Source of the DNA: a virus | DNA length: 64,000 nt | Strand: one strand, 5' to 3' | IMG/VR virus record: IMGVR_UViG_3300013119_001061 | Shown: positions 31,021-41,870 of the stretch, piece after piece | Numbering within the stretch: position 1 is the stretch's first letter | Layout of the letters: each line of letters begins with the position of its first letter | Translations under genes and position numbers: made by a program | The notes under the pieces: generated by a model | The model's input: the letters and a program-made list of their open reading frames with translations, nothing else | Told to the model about the DNA's origin: nothing | The model's database searches: none

Positions 31021-31957
31021 ACCCGTCCTAATCTTCGATGCGATGAATTTATTTCTTCGTGTCTATTCTGCAAACCCAACAATAAGCCAGTATGGACATC
31101 ATGTCGGAGGTGTAGTCGGCTTTCTTAAGTCAATGAGAAATATCATTGATAAGTTCGCACCCTCCCAGATCTTTGTTGTCTGGGAGGGTGGCGGTAGTCA
31201 AAGACGCCGCGCCATCTATCCTGAATACAAGCATGGACGCAAGCCCAAGCGGATGAATAAGTTCTTTGATCAAGAGATCCCAGACACAATTCAAAGTAGA
31301 AATAACCAGATTGCATCGCTGATTAGCATACTAAAGAACACACCCATATGCCAGCTTTATGTAGGCGACTGCGAAGCTGATGATGTTATCGGATATCTCT
31401 GCAAGTATAAGCTAAGAGACAGTGACAAGATTATCGTGTCGTCTGATCAGGATTATTATCAACTGCTCAATGAGTCTACACAGATCTTTCGCCTAGGCAA
31501 AAAAGAAATTGTAAAAGCTTCGGATGTTCTGACTCTAACAGGTGTAACTGCTTCAAATTATTGTGTCGCCAAAGCAGCCGCCGGAGATTCGTCAGATAAC
31601 ATCTCTGGCATCAAGGGCGCCGGATACAAGACGATGTCCAAGAGATTTCCATTTTTACGAAACGAAGAAGAAGCAGATATTAAAAATATTTTTGACCATG
31701 CTTTAGCGAACATAGATAAGAAAATAAAGGTCTACAGAACGATCATAGATAATTTTGATATTCTGGAACGTAACTGGAAGCTTACATACTTAGATTCGAA
31801 CAATTTAGCTGCAAATCAGGTGAATCAAATAGAGGATATCGTAGATACATTTGTGCCCTGCAAGAATAAGATAGGCATGATGAGGAAATTGATTCATGAG
31901 GGAATTCAAAACTTCGATGTCGAATCCTTGTTTCTTAGCTTTACTTATCTAGATTAA
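31001..31957 (+). CDS. 5'-3' flap exonuclease / T4 RNase H-like
   Basis: IFDAMN, RR.IYPEYK..R, EADDVIG, SSDQDYYQL, GDSSDNISGIKGAG; likely TTG start at 31001 after GAGGAG. Confidence 0.92.
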   Translation: MDRQADRPVLIFDAMNLFLRVYSANPTISQYGHHVGGVVGFLKSMRNIIDKFAPSQIFVVWEGGGSQRRRAIYPEYKHGRKPKRMNKFFDQEIPDTIQSRNNQIASLISILKNTPICQLYVGDCEADDVIGYLCKYKLRDSDKIIVSSDQDYYQLLNESTQIFRLGKKEIVKASDVLTLTGVTASNYCVAKAAAGDSSDNISGIKGAGYKTMSKRFPFLRNEEEADIKNIFDHALANIDKKIKVYRTIIDNFDILERNWKLTYLDSNNLAANQVNQIEDIVDTFVPCKNKIGMMRKLIHEGIQNFDVESLFLSFTYLD

Positions 31958-31971
31958 AAAAGAGGTTATTA

Positions 31972-33396
31972 GTGACACACGAGCATAGTATTACGTTTGC
32001 ATCTTACGGAAAAGACTTTCAAGAAAAAATCGTTCAGAGCTTGCTCACAGACAGAATGTGGGCAGAACAAATGGCAGAGGTCATTAACATTGAATTCTTC
32101 GATCTTAAATATCTAAAGTTCTTAGCTGATCGATATTTTTCATACCACGAGAAGTATAAAGATTTCCCGACTCTGCCTTTGCTTGTTTCAATTATTCGAG
32201 ATGATCTAAAGACGGGCAACGATATCATTCTTCGTGATCAGATTGTTGATTACCTCCAGAGAATCAGGCACAATCCAAGTATGGGTGACCTTGAATATGT
32301 CAAGGATAAGGCACTTGATTTCTGTCGCAAGCAGGCATTTCGCGGCGCGCTTGAAGAGGCAGTTGATCTAATCCAGGTTGATAAGTTTGACGCAGTAATG
32401 GATCTCATGCGAACAGCAATGTCAGTAGGAACAACACCCTCAGTTGGACATGATTTCTTTGAGGACATGGAGGCACGATTCGTTCGAATTTCTCGCCACC
32501 CGATTCCGACAGGGATTCCAAAGCTCGATGAGAAATCAATCCTTGGCGGAGGCCTAGGTAAAGGAGAGATCGGTGTAGTTGCAGCCCCGACCGGAGTTGG
32601 TAAATCACATATGCTTGTTAGTCTTGGGTGCGCAGCGCTTCAGGCAGGATTCAATGTAATTCACTATACGTTCGAATTAACTGAGACTCGAACTGGCCTC
32701 CGCTACGACTCTAATCTCTGCGATATTCCAAGCAATGATATTCCAGAAAGAAAAGAAGAGGTCATAGCCTATTATGAAGAGAACAAAAATTCTCTCGGAA
32801 AGCTAATGATCAAAGAGTATCCCACCGGAACAGCAACCGTCCAGACACTTCGATCTCATATTGAAAAATTAAGCCTCAAAGGATTTATTCCGCACATACT
32901 GATTGTTGACTATGCAGATATCATGCGATCCTCACGACAATATGACTCAATGAGACACGAGCTCAAAAAGGTATATGAGGACCTTCGAAACCTAGCAATG
33001 GAAAAGAACCTCCCAGTATGGACTGCATCACAAAGTAATAGAGATGCAGCAAACTCAGACGTTATTGGCCTTGAAAGCATGGCTGAGTCATACGGAAAGG
33101 CACAGGTTGCTGACCTTGTTTTGTCAATCTCGAGAAAAGCAGAAGAGAAATCTACAGGCCTAGGGCGTCTATTTGTTGCAAAGAATCGAGCTGGCCGAGA
33201 CGGAATCTTATTCCCGATTACAATCGATACTGCCAAGAGCAAGATTGCTGTTATTGAAGGAGCTGGTGAAATGTCGTTCTCTGATGCAAAGAACCAAAAT
33301 GAGGGCGATCTCAAAAAACTGCTGCAACAAAAATGGAAACAAGTTAGTAAAATTGATGTAAAAACTACAGATAAAGAAATCAGCGAGGAAAAATGA
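31972..33396 (+). CDS. dnaB: Replicative DnaB/gp41-like helicase
   Basis: APTGVGKS, IKEYP, IVDYADIM, WTASQSNR, KNRAG. Confidence 0.93.
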   Translation: MTHEHSITFASYGKDFQEKIVQSLLTDRMWAEQMAEVINIEFFDLKYLKFLADRYFSYHEKYKDFPTLPLLVSIIRDDLKTGNDIILRDQIVDYLQRIRHNPSMGDLEYVKDKALDFCRKQAFRGALEEAVDLIQVDKFDAVMDLMRTAMSVGTTPSVGHDFFEDMEARFVRISRHPIPTGIPKLDEKSILGGGLGKGEIGVVAAPTGVGKSHMLVSLGCAALQAGFNVIHYTFELTETRTGLRYDSNLCDIPSNDIPERKEEVIAYYEENKNSLGKLMIKEYPTGTATVQTLRSHIEKLSLKGFIPHILIVDYADIMRSSRQYDSMRHELKKVYEDLRNLAMEKNLPVWTASQSNRDAANSDVIGLESMAESYGKAQVADLVLSISRKAEEKSTGLGRLFVAKNRAGRDGILFPITIDTAKSKIAVIEGAGEMSFSDAKNQNEGDLKKLLQQKWKQVSKIDVKTTDKEISEEK

Positions 33397-35864
33397 CATT
33401 TACATATGATGATGCTTATGCAGGCGCCCTAAAATATTTTAACGGTGATGAACTTGCTGCTGGTGTATGGGCTGGCAAGTATGCACTGCAAGATAATGGC
33501 GAATTTTTTGAAACATCGCCAGATCAGATGCATCGTAGGTTAGCAAAAGAATTTGCGCGAATCGAAGCGAAATTTGATAACCCAATGTCAGAAGAAGAAA
33601 TTTTTGACTCAATGGACCGGTTCAAGTATATCGTCCCTCAAGGCTCACCAATGTCAGCTGTCGGAAACGATATTCAAATGCAGTCGGTCGGAAACTGCTT
33701 TGTCATTGAGGCACCTCACGACTCATACGGCGGGATTCTAAAGACAGATCAAGAGCAAGTTCAGATCATGAAGCGCCGAGGAGGTGTAGGATTTGATATC
33801 TCTACAATTCGACCGCAGGGAATGCATACGTCAAATGCTGCAAAGACAACTGACGGCATCGGCGTCTTTATGGAACGATTTTCAAACTCCTGTCGTGAAG
33901 TTGCTCAAGGCGGCCGCCGCGGCGCCCTAATGATGTCAATCTCAGTCCACCACCCAGATATCATGACATTTATTAATATCAAGCGAGATCAAAGCAAGGT
34001 AACTGGAGCCAATATCTCAATCAGGCTCTCAGACGAATTCTTGACTGCTGTTGAGAATGATGAAAACTATGAAACCCGATGGCCGGTAGATTCAACAGGT
34101 AATAACAGAGAACTCACAGCTAGAATGCCCGCTAAGGCTGTATGGGATGCAATCGTAGACTCAGCACATCAAACAGCTGAACCGGGCATCTTCTTTTGGG
34201 ATAACGTTCTAAATACAACACCTTCTCAAATCTACAAAGATGAAGGATTTGAGACAGTGAGCTCAAATCCCTGCGGGGAAATTGTAATGTCAGCATTTGA
34301 CAGCTGTCGGCTCCTCCTCCTCAATACGACATCATTCGTTGATGATCCATTCACTTCACGAGCCAGATTTAACTTCAAGCTATTCAATACAATGAGCCGA
34401 AAGGCCCAAAGAATGATGGATGACTTGGTTGAAATTGAAACTGAGAAGATTGATAAAATTCTGGCAAAGATTGAAGCAGACCCAGAACCAATTGAAGTAA
34501 AAAGGACAGAACTTGATCTTTGGAATAATGTCCGACAAATCGCTCTCTCTGGACGCCGAACAGGCTTGGGACAAACAGGGTTGGGCGACACGCTTGCAAT
34601 GCTTGGCTTGAAATATGACTCAGAAGACGGAATTGCAATGACTGGAGAAATCTATCGTGCATTAGTTCTTGCTTCATACACAGAGTCTTGCTACCTTGCG
34701 AAAGAGCGAGGCCAATTCCCAATCTACAACTTCGAGAAGGAAGAGGGAAATCAATATATCGAACGATTATTTGATACCTCACCAGAGTTACGAGAATTGC
34801 ATCGTAAGTACGGCCGAAGAAATATTGCATTAACCACCACGGCGCCGTGCGGAAGTGTCTCATGTCTCACCCAGACAACCTCAGGTATCGAACCAGTGTT
34901 CATGCTCGAATATACCCGAAGGAAAAAGATCAACTCAAACGACCCAAATGTTGAAGCTGACTTCGTAGATGACCTCGGTGATCGATGGCAACACTTCACG
35001 GTATACCACCACAACCTAAAGAAGTGGATGGATATCACGGGCGAAACAGACATTACAAAGTCACCATATTGTGGTGCTACAGCTAATGAGATCGACTGGG
35101 AACATGCTGTAGATGTTCAAGCAGTAGCACAAAAGTGGATTGATCACTCAATCAGCAAGACATTGAATCTACCCGAATCAGCAACAAGAGAAGACGTAGC
35201 CAAAGTATACTGGCGTGGGTGGAAAGCCGGACTCAAGGGCGCAACTGTATATCGAGACGGATCCCGCGCCGGTGTCCTTGTTTCCAATGATACAGCAAAT
35301 GAATCGGATGAAACATTCCAGCAACATCAAGCACCGCAGCGCCCGCACGAGCTTCCTTGCGAAATTCACCGAGCTTCAATCAAAGGAGAGAAATGGACGA
35401 TTCTTGTTGGGCTAATGGATGGAAAGCCATACGAGATCTTCGGTGGGCTATCAAAATATATTGAGATACCGCGTGTATATGAAAAAGGCGTTATCATCAA
35501 GCACCCACGCAAAACAAAGAATTCTGTGTATGATCTCAAGTTCGGGTTCAAGGGCGATGAGTTTGCTGTCAAGGATGTCGTCGAGGTATTCGACAATCCC
35601 AACCATTCAGCGTTCACTCGAACAATCTCTCTGGCTATGCGCCACGGCGCCCCCGTATCATTTATGGTTGAACAGCTTCAAAAAGATAAGGACACTGACT
35701 TTACGTCATTCTCGCGTGTAGTTGCCCGAGTTCTCAAGAAATACATTGAAGATGGAACGAAGTCAAGTGAGAAGAAGTGTGACAACTGCAACGAAGAAGG
35801 TAGCCTGGTGTTTCAAGAGGGGTGTGTTACGTGCCTGGCTTGTGGAGGTTCAAAATGCGGGTGA
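33393..35864 (+). CDS. nrdJ: Ribonucleotide reductase, class II (adenosylcobalamin-dependent)
   Basis: GNCFV, RRGGVG, GRRGA, EPG, SNPCGE, TAPCGS, TSGIEP, SISKT.N, YRDGSR, C-terminal Zn ribbon; no ATP cone and no small subunit in the window. Confidence 0.9.
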   Translation: MTFTYDDAYAGALKYFNGDELAAGVWAGKYALQDNGEFFETSPDQMHRRLAKEFARIEAKFDNPMSEEEIFDSMDRFKYIVPQGSPMSAVGNDIQMQSVGNCFVIEAPHDSYGGILKTDQEQVQIMKRRGGVGFDISTIRPQGMHTSNAAKTTDGIGVFMERFSNSCREVAQGGRRGALMMSISVHHPDIMTFINIKRDQSKVTGANISIRLSDEFLTAVENDENYETRWPVDSTGNNRELTARMPAKAVWDAIVDSAHQTAEPGIFFWDNVLNTTPSQIYKDEGFETVSSNPCGEIVMSAFDSCRLLLLNTTSFVDDPFTSRARFNFKLFNTMSRKAQRMMDDLVEIETEKIDKILAKIEADPEPIEVKRTELDLWNNVRQIALSGRRTGLGQTGLGDTLAMLGLKYDSEDGIAMTGEIYRALVLASYTESCYLAKERGQFPIYNFEKEEGNQYIERLFDTSPELRELHRKYGRRNIALTTTAPCGSVSCLTQTTSGIEPVFMLEYTRRKKINSNDPNVEADFVDDLGDRWQHFTVYHHNLKKWMDITGETDITKSPYCGATANEIDWEHAVDVQAVAQKWIDHSISKTLNLPESATREDVAKVYWRGWKAGLKGATVYRDGSRAGVLVSNDTANESDETFQQHQAPQRPHELPCEIHRASIKGEKWTILVGLMDGKPYEIFGGLSKYIEIPRVYEKGVIIKHPRKTKNSVYDLKFGFKGDEFAVKDVVEVFDNPNHSAFTRTISLAMRHGAPVSFMVEQLQKDKDTDFTSFSRVVARVLKKYIEDGTKSSEKKCDNCNEEGSLVFQEGCVTCLACGGSKCG

Positions 35865-35926
35865 GTTCCTGAAGTCATGTGTAAGTCATAATTCGCTAAC
35901 TATAATAACGCTGAATACGGAGACGC

Positions 35927-37765
35927 ATGAAATCAATTGAGCAAAAATATAAGAAGCTTGATGATATCGAGCACTGCTTGCTCCGTCCAGGAATGTATGT
36001 AGGGTCGACAAAAACACGCAAAGAAGTCATGAATCTCATTGACGAGGACGATGTTTTCTCTGAAAGAGAAGTAAGTGTCAATCCTGCCTTTATTAAGATA
36101 TTTGATGAGATTATTTCAAATGCAGCAGATGAACACCGACGAAACAAAAAGCTTGACTTAATTGAGGTCATCACTGACGCAGAGACTGGTGAAATTACTG
36201 TTAGTGACAATGGCGGAATTCCAGTAATTCTTCATTCTGAGCACAATGAATACATTCCAGAGATGATTTTCTCAAACCTAAAGGCTGGCTCAAATTTTGA
36301 CGACACTGAGAATAGAATCGTCGCCGGAACCAACGGCGTCGGAGCAACTCTGACCAACATATTTTCTTCAAAGTTTGCAATCGAAACGTGTGACAAAAAG
36401 AAGCTCTACACTCAAGAGTTCAGAAACAACATGCGCGCCAGGTCTGAACCTAAAGTCATCAAGTCGAAAAGCAGCAAGGGCTATACAAAGATATCGTATA
36501 TTGCGGACTTCAATCAGTTTGGATTGAGCGGCCTAGATGATGATCACATTGAGATCATGAGAAAGAGGTGTATTGACCTCGCAGCTTGCAATCCTTGTTT
36601 GACTGTAAGATTCAATGGGACAAAATACAGATACTCAACTTTCAATTCATACTGTCGCCTCTATATTGATGATATTGTCTATGAAGCCTCTGATCGTTGG
36701 CGAATTGGCGTAGGGTCATCTAGCGGAAGCCTAAAGCAAATATCATTCGTCAACAGTGTCGAGACAAAAGATGGCGGCACACATGTCGACGCAGTCTTGA
36801 GTCAAATTATTGCAGAGGTTCGAAAGAAACTCAAGAAGAAGCACAAAGTAGATCTGAAGCCAGCAGAGATCAAGAACCACATCTTTGTATTTGTAAGTGC
36901 AGATATTGTTAACTCATCATTCTCATCTCAGACCAAAGAGAAACTAATCACTGACCCACGTGACTTCGGGTCAAAGCACACACTCTCGGATAAGTTTCTA
37001 AAGTCTGTTTGTGAATCAGAGATGATCCAGAACATCTTAGACTGGGCAATTCAAAAGAAGGATGCAGATGAGAGAAAAGAGCTCAGAAAACTCAACAAGA
37101 AGCTCGGCAAAGAAAAGGTCCAGAATCTGATTGACGCCAAGGGAAAAGACAGGGAATCTTGCACGCTAGCTTTGTTCGAGGGGAAGTCAGCCCTGGCAGC
37201 TTTTAGAAAGTTTAGAAATCCAATGATTCAAGGGTCTTTCCCGCTTAGAGGTAAATTTCTAAACATCGCAGATATGCCGTCCTCCAAGATTATCAAGAAC
37301 AAAGAGGTCTTATCTCTTCTTAAGGCTACCGGCCTTCGTCTTGGAGAGGATGCAGAGAATCTTAGATATGGAAAAATCTTGATCTATTCAGATGCTGATC
37401 CTGATGGAGATTCAATTGCCGGCCTGCTAACAAACTTCTTTGGGAGGTTCTGGCCCGACCTGCTAAAAGACAACAAACTTTTCCGAGTAATGACACCACT
37501 TGTTGTTGTCAAGAAAAAAGACAAAAAGCTGTTGTTCTACACAGATGAAGAATTTGTCGAATGGAAATCCGCAGAGGACAATATTAAATCCTGGGATATA
37601 TCATACAAAAAAGGCCTCGCATCCCTCGCAGATGAAGAATACGAAGAGATTATTAGAAATCCAGAAATGTTTGCCCTTATTCCGGGTGATAACCTAAGGC
37701 AATCGTTGGACAATTGGTTCGGCTCAGATCCTGCAGTTAGAAAACAAAAGATTTTAAATAAGTAA
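35927..37765 (+). CDS. Type IIA topoisomerase large subunit (gp39+gp60-like, ATPase + TOPRIM)
   Basis: EHCLLRPGMYVGS, DEIISNA.D, DNGGIP, GTNGVG, EGKSA, PLRGK, DADPDG, YKKGL. Confidence 0.93.
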   Translation: MKSIEQKYKKLDDIEHCLLRPGMYVGSTKTRKEVMNLIDEDDVFSEREVSVNPAFIKIFDEIISNAADEHRRNKKLDLIEVITDAETGEITVSDNGGIPVILHSEHNEYIPEMIFSNLKAGSNFDDTENRIVAGTNGVGATLTNIFSSKFAIETCDKKKLYTQEFRNNMRARSEPKVIKSKSSKGYTKISYIADFNQFGLSGLDDDHIEIMRKRCIDLAACNPCLTVRFNGTKYRYSTFNSYCRLYIDDIVYEASDRWRIGVGSSSGSLKQISFVNSVETKDGGTHVDAVLSQIIAEVRKKLKKKHKVDLKPAEIKNHIFVFVSADIVNSSFSSQTKEKLITDPRDFGSKHTLSDKFLKSVCESEMIQNILDWAIQKKDADERKELRKLNKKLGKEKVQNLIDAKGKDRESCTLALFEGKSALAAFRKFRNPMIQGSFPLRGKFLNIADMPSSKIIKNKEVLSLLKATGLRLGEDAENLRYGKILIYSDADPDGDSIAGLLTNFFGRFWPDLLKDNKLFRVMTPLVVVKKKDKKLLFYTDEEFVEWKSAEDNIKSWDISYKKGLASLADEEYEEIIRNPEMFALIPGDNLRQSLDNWFGSDPAVRKQKILNK

Positions 37766-37775
37766 AAATAATCAT

Positions 37776-38312
37776 ATGACATTATTATTAGCTATGCTTT
37801 TGTCGACAAACAATACTGTGTGTTTTGCCCCTATTGATATTTCTAAATCTCATATTTCTTCTCGTTATGGAAAAAGGACATTTAAAAAAGGAAAAGTAAT
37901 AAATGGTCATATGATAATGCTTAATCATGATCATCATAGTTTCCACCTTGGCGTAGATATTGTAGCAAAAAAAGGTACCCACGTGAAAAATCAATTCCGC
38001 GGAAGGGTAATCAAAACTTACAAAAGCGATCGCAACGGATCTTACGTTCGGATTGAACACAGTGACAAAGAGCATGATACGGTTCAAGTTCTTTACCACC
38101 ATCTTGATAAAATCTTTGTAAAAGAGGATAGCTGGATCTACCCAGGAGAATTGATCGGAACAGTAGGGGATACGGGTACAGATCACTACCCACATTTACA
38201 TCTCAGTGCTCGATATTTCTCTTATTCAACGAGACAAAAGAAGGATATTAACATTGAAGAAGTTTTTAAGTTCTGTAACTATGAATATAGACATCACGAT
38301 TATGCCCGCTAA
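37776..38312 (+). CDS. M23 family peptidase
   Basis: HLGVD, YHHL, G..G.TG...PHLH. Confidence 0.85.
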   Translation: MTLLLAMLLSTNNTVCFAPIDISKSHISSRYGKRTFKKGKVINGHMIMLNHDHHSFHLGVDIVAKKGTHVKNQFRGRVIKTYKSDRNGSYVRIEHSDKEHDTVQVLYHHLDKIFVKEDSWIYPGELIGTVGDTGTDHYPHLHLSARYFSYSTRQKKDINIEEVFKFCNYEYRHHDYAR

Positions 38313-38324
38313 GGAGAGCTTAAT

Positions 38325-39686
38325 ATGTTATTGAAAGATAAAAAGAGTACTTTTGTTGGTAGAACAGTAGAAAACTTCTTTGATAATGAGCTCAGAAGCT
38401 ACGCGCTTTACACTATCACGAATCGAGCAATCCCGTCAGTGATCGACGGATTCAAGCCGTCACAGCGAAAGATTGCATATGCTGCAAAGCTAGTCTGGAA
38501 GACAGGCAAAGAAAAGCCAATGAAGGTGTTTCAGCTTGGGGGCTACGCAGCGTCTGCAACAATGTTCCACCACGGATCACTTGATGGCACAATCATCACG
38601 ATGACACAGGATTTCAAGAACTCAATGTCTATCTTCGAGGGGATAGGTCAGTTTGGGTCTCTTCGATCTCCAGAGGCCGGAGCCCCGAGATACGTCGGTG
38701 TAAGGTTCAATAAAAACTTTAACCTGCTTTATAAAGACTTTGATCTCCTTGATCACAAATACGAAGAGGGCGAGAAGATCGAGCCAAAGTACTTCCTGCC
38801 CATCATACCGACTGTCTTGCTAAACGGCGGCTCAGGTATCGCTGTGGGATTCTCAACCAACATTCTGAATCGGAACCCGAAGGATTTAATCAAGGCATGT
38901 CTGAAGGTGTTAGCAGGAGAAAAATGCCCACCAGTCAGCCCGTGGATCAATGGCTTCACTGGTGAGTTCAGGCAGGTACCTGACGCGCCAAAGTCATGGG
39001 AGATTTACGGTAAGTACGAAGTAAAGAATACGACTAAGGTAGAGGTTACAGAACTTCCGCCGTCATTTACATACGAAAAGTACGAGGCTCATCTTGATTC
39101 ATTAATTGAAACGGGCGCATTGTCATCATATGAAGACCATTCAGCTGAAACCCCGCACTATATTCTAAAGTTCAAAAGGTCAGAGCTTGCAAAACTAACA
39201 AAGAGAGGTAGGCTTGAAAGCGTTCTCAAAATGAGAGAGCGAGTAGGTGAAAACTATACAACGTTAGACGAAAACGGAGATCTAAAAGTATTTGAATCAC
39301 CCGAGGAGATAATCCGATACTTTATCAAGTTCAGGCTCAAGTACTATACAATTAGAAAGAACCACCTGATATCAAAGCTCACAAAAGAGCTGTGGATCCT
39401 GGAGAATAGAAAACGGTTCATTGAGGAGATACTAGGCGGCAATCTCAAGATTAACAACCGTCCCAAAAGTGATATTATTTCAAGCTTGAAAAAGATGAAT
39501 TTCAAAAATCAAAATGGATCATACAACTATTTGCTGGATATGCCGATTCATAGCCTGACAAAGGAAAAAGCTGAAGAACTAAGGGCTTTGTATGACACTA
39601 GAAAAGAAGAGCTGGAAGAGGTTGGCAAAAAAACAACTAAAACAATGTTTGAGAAAGACTTGCGTGATCTTTATAAAAAGATCTAA
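38325..39686 (+). CDS. Type IIA topoisomerase breakage-reunion subunit (gp52-like)
   Basis: RAIPSVIDGFKPSQRK, FHHG, GAPRY (catalytic Tyr), EP.YFLPIIP.VL.NG..GIA.GF. Confidence 0.93.
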   Translation: MLLKDKKSTFVGRTVENFFDNELRSYALYTITNRAIPSVIDGFKPSQRKIAYAAKLVWKTGKEKPMKVFQLGGYAASATMFHHGSLDGTIITMTQDFKNSMSIFEGIGQFGSLRSPEAGAPRYVGVRFNKNFNLLYKDFDLLDHKYEEGEKIEPKYFLPIIPTVLLNGGSGIAVGFSTNILNRNPKDLIKACLKVLAGEKCPPVSPWINGFTGEFRQVPDAPKSWEIYGKYEVKNTTKVEVTELPPSFTYEKYEAHLDSLIETGALSSYEDHSAETPHYILKFKRSELAKLTKRGRLESVLKMRERVGENYTTLDENGDLKVFESPEEIIRYFIKFRLKYYTIRKNHLISKLTKELWILENRKRFIEEILGGNLKINNRPKSDIISSLKKMNFKNQNGSYNYLLDMPIHSLTKEKAEELRALYDTRKEELEEVGKKTTKTMFEKDLRDLYKKI

Positions 39687-39727
39687 TTTATAATAGAATA
39701 TCTAATAACAAAAGAAGGAAATCAATA

Positions 39728-40330
39728 TTGATTAAGAATGTTAACATTGACGGTCGAATTAGCGAAGCAAAGCTTATGTACAACCCAATTGTCGTCAGGG
39801 TCGAGAAATTTACACCAGATGGTGCCAAGAAGTTCACATCAGATATGTCAGCAGCACACAATTCCGGCCAAGATATCATCCCGATTGTGATTGACTCATA
39901 TGGTGGACAAGTTTATAGCCTTATGTCAATGATTAGTGATATCAAAAACTCAAAGCTACCAGTGGCTACTATTGTTGAATCAAAGGCTATGTCTTGCGGA
40001 GCTGTTTTATTCACATTCGGAGAGGATGGACATCGCTATATGGCACCCGATGCCACAGTTATGATTCACGATGTAAGCTCCGGAGGATTTGGAAAAATTG
40101 AGGAGCTTAAAGCAGACGTTAAAGAGGCTGAAAGGCTTGATACAAAGATTTACAAGATGATGGCGCAAAACTGCGGGAAGAAGGATGATCACTTTAAAAA
40201 GATTGTTCACAAAAAAGGACATGCAGATTGGTTTCTTGATGCAGATGAGTGCAAGAAGAACAATGTATGTAATCATATACGAATACCCGCGTTTAATGTT
40301 AGTATTGATGTAACGATGGAGCTAGAATGA
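39728..40330 (+). CDS. clpP: ClpP-like protease
   Basis: IDSYGG, AMSCGA, MIHDVS, DWFLDADE. Confidence 0.88.
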   Translation: MIKNVNIDGRISEAKLMYNPIVVRVEKFTPDGAKKFTSDMSAAHNSGQDIIPIVIDSYGGQVYSLMSMISDIKNSKLPVATIVESKAMSCGAVLFTFGEDGHRYMAPDATVMIHDVSSGGFGKIEELKADVKEAERLDTKIYKMMAQNCGKKDDHFKKIVHKKGHADWFLDADECKKNNVCNHIRIPAFNVSIDVTMELE

Positions 40331-40947
40331 AACGATATCTCATAATTGGTTCAATACTCTGCATGCTAGGTGGGGCATGCCCAGAAGATGAAAAATATAA
40401 AGTGCCTGAATATGATATGATTCGAGGCCCAGTTCGCATTGAGCCAAGAGATACAGCGGGAATTGCAGATCTACTCGAAGTTCAGTCATATCAAGTTTCA
40501 TTTGTCAGAGATCGACTCTCCAGCCGCCAGACTGATAATGTACTAGAAGTGATGAATGCTGCCAAGCTTTACAAGTATGATGTGCATGATCTTCTAGCGA
40601 TTGCATTCAAGGAGTCTTCATTTCACAATGATGTAATATCAGATACCGGAGACGTCGGACTATTCCAGGTAAACTATCACTGGTGGGGAAAGAAACTTGG
40701 ATACAAAGACTTTAGACACTTTTACCAGGCTAATATAGTTCCCAAAAGAAATGCCCGACATGCAATCGAAATACTCAGAACATTTTCTCCCAAAAAGGCA
40801 TGCAAGGGAAATAATCTGTTTGCATGTTACAATGGCGGCCCCGGGTGGAAAATGTCCAAAAATGTTAGATACATCAAGCATTATCGTGACAACGTAGTAA
40901 AAACTCGTGACAACATAAAAAGGAATTACCCAGAATGGGCAAAGTAA
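40327..40947 (+). CDS. Lytic transglycosylase (SLT) with a possible lipoprotein signal
   Basis: AIAFKESSF, GLFQVN, ACYNGG; N-terminal hydrophobic stretch ending LGGAC. Confidence 0.8.
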   Translation: MKRYLIIGSILCMLGGACPEDEKYKVPEYDMIRGPVRIEPRDTAGIADLLEVQSYQVSFVRDRLSSRQTDNVLEVMNAAKLYKYDVHDLLAIAFKESSFHNDVISDTGDVGLFQVNYHWWGKKLGYKDFRHFYQANIVPKRNARHAIEILRTFSPKKACKGNNLFACYNGGPGWKMSKNVRYIKHYRDNVVKTRDNIKRNYPEWAK

Positions 40948-41651
40948 AGAATAAGTCAATTGAACTGTATGGTGACGGAATTGGCAAAGTCGACTACATT
41001 CAGCATATGGGGTCTGATCTAACGATTGCTAACTCTGCCCGCGTAAGCTTCGGGGCACAAAAGAAAAGGCTAGACAATAAAGACAAAAAGCTAATCAAGT
41101 ATTTGCTTAAACACAAGCATACAAGCGTTCTTGAGCACAACACAGTCACGTTCAGATTCAAGGTTCCGCTCTACATCAGATCGCAGCATCACAGACATCG
41201 AACCTGGAGCTACAATGAAATCTCGAGAAGATACACGTCTGTTGATCTTAGGTTTTATGAGCCTGAATCGTTTAGGACTCAACACGCATCAAATCGTCAA
41301 TCAAGCAATAGCGATAACGTAAATCCAGAAATTGAATGGTCGGATGCAACTCACTACGGCAAAAAAGCGTCTGAAGTTGTTAAAAAGCATCACAAATATT
41401 GCATGAAGCTATTCGAAGATCTGATGGAAGCTGGCGTCTGCAGGGAACAAGCACGAGGTGTTCTCCCGCAAAATGCATATACAGAATACTATGGAACTGT
41501 CAACCTCGGAAACTTGCTAAAATTTGTTGAGCTTAGAACACATGATGGGGCTCAATGGGAAATCCAGCAAGTTGCAAATGCATGTTTAAAAATCGCTGAA
41601 GAATTATGGCCAGAAACAATCAAGGCTTATAAACAAATCCGTGAGCTATAG
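40935..41651 (+). CDS. thyX: Flavin-dependent thymidylate synthase (canonical)
   Basis: ARVS, H.S..EH, RHRTWSYNEISRRY, EQARGVLP, AQWEI. Confidence 0.95.
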   Translation: MGKVKNKSIELYGDGIGKVDYIQHMGSDLTIANSARVSFGAQKKRLDNKDKKLIKYLLKHKHTSVLEHNTVTFRFKVPLYIRSQHHRHRTWSYNEISRRYTSVDLRFYEPESFRTQHASNRQSSNSDNVNPEIEWSDATHYGKKASEVVKKHHKYCMKLFEDLMEAGVCREQARGVLPQNAYTEYYGTVNLGNLLKFVELRTHDGAQWEIQQVANACLKIAEELWPETIKAYKQIREL

Positions 41652-41662
41652 GTAGAATATTA

Positions 41663-41869
41663 ATGTCAAATGAAAAGGTTGATCATCCAAGCCACTACAA
41701 TCAAGGCAAAATAGAAGTTATTGATGCTATTGATGATTGGGAATTAGGTTTTTATGAGGGCAATATAATAAAATATGTTGCAAGATATCAGCACAAAGAA
41801 GATCCAGTTGCAGATCTTAAAAAAGCAGCGTGGTATTTGAATAGATTGATTGAATTAAAGGAGAAGTAA
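41663..41869 (+). CDS. DUF3310 protein (T7 gp1.7 nucleotide-kinase-like domain)
   Basis: VDHPSHY, IEVIDAI, GNIIKY, DLKKA.WYL. Confidence 0.85.
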   Translation: MSNEKVDHPSHYNQGKIEVIDAIDDWELGFYEGNIIKYVARYQHKEDPVADLKKAAWYLNRLIELKEK

Positions 41870-41870
41870 A

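Noticed and set aside
35927-37765. T4 gene 60-type coding gap in the topoisomerase
   Set aside because: The gp39- and gp60-like regions form one continuous ORF.
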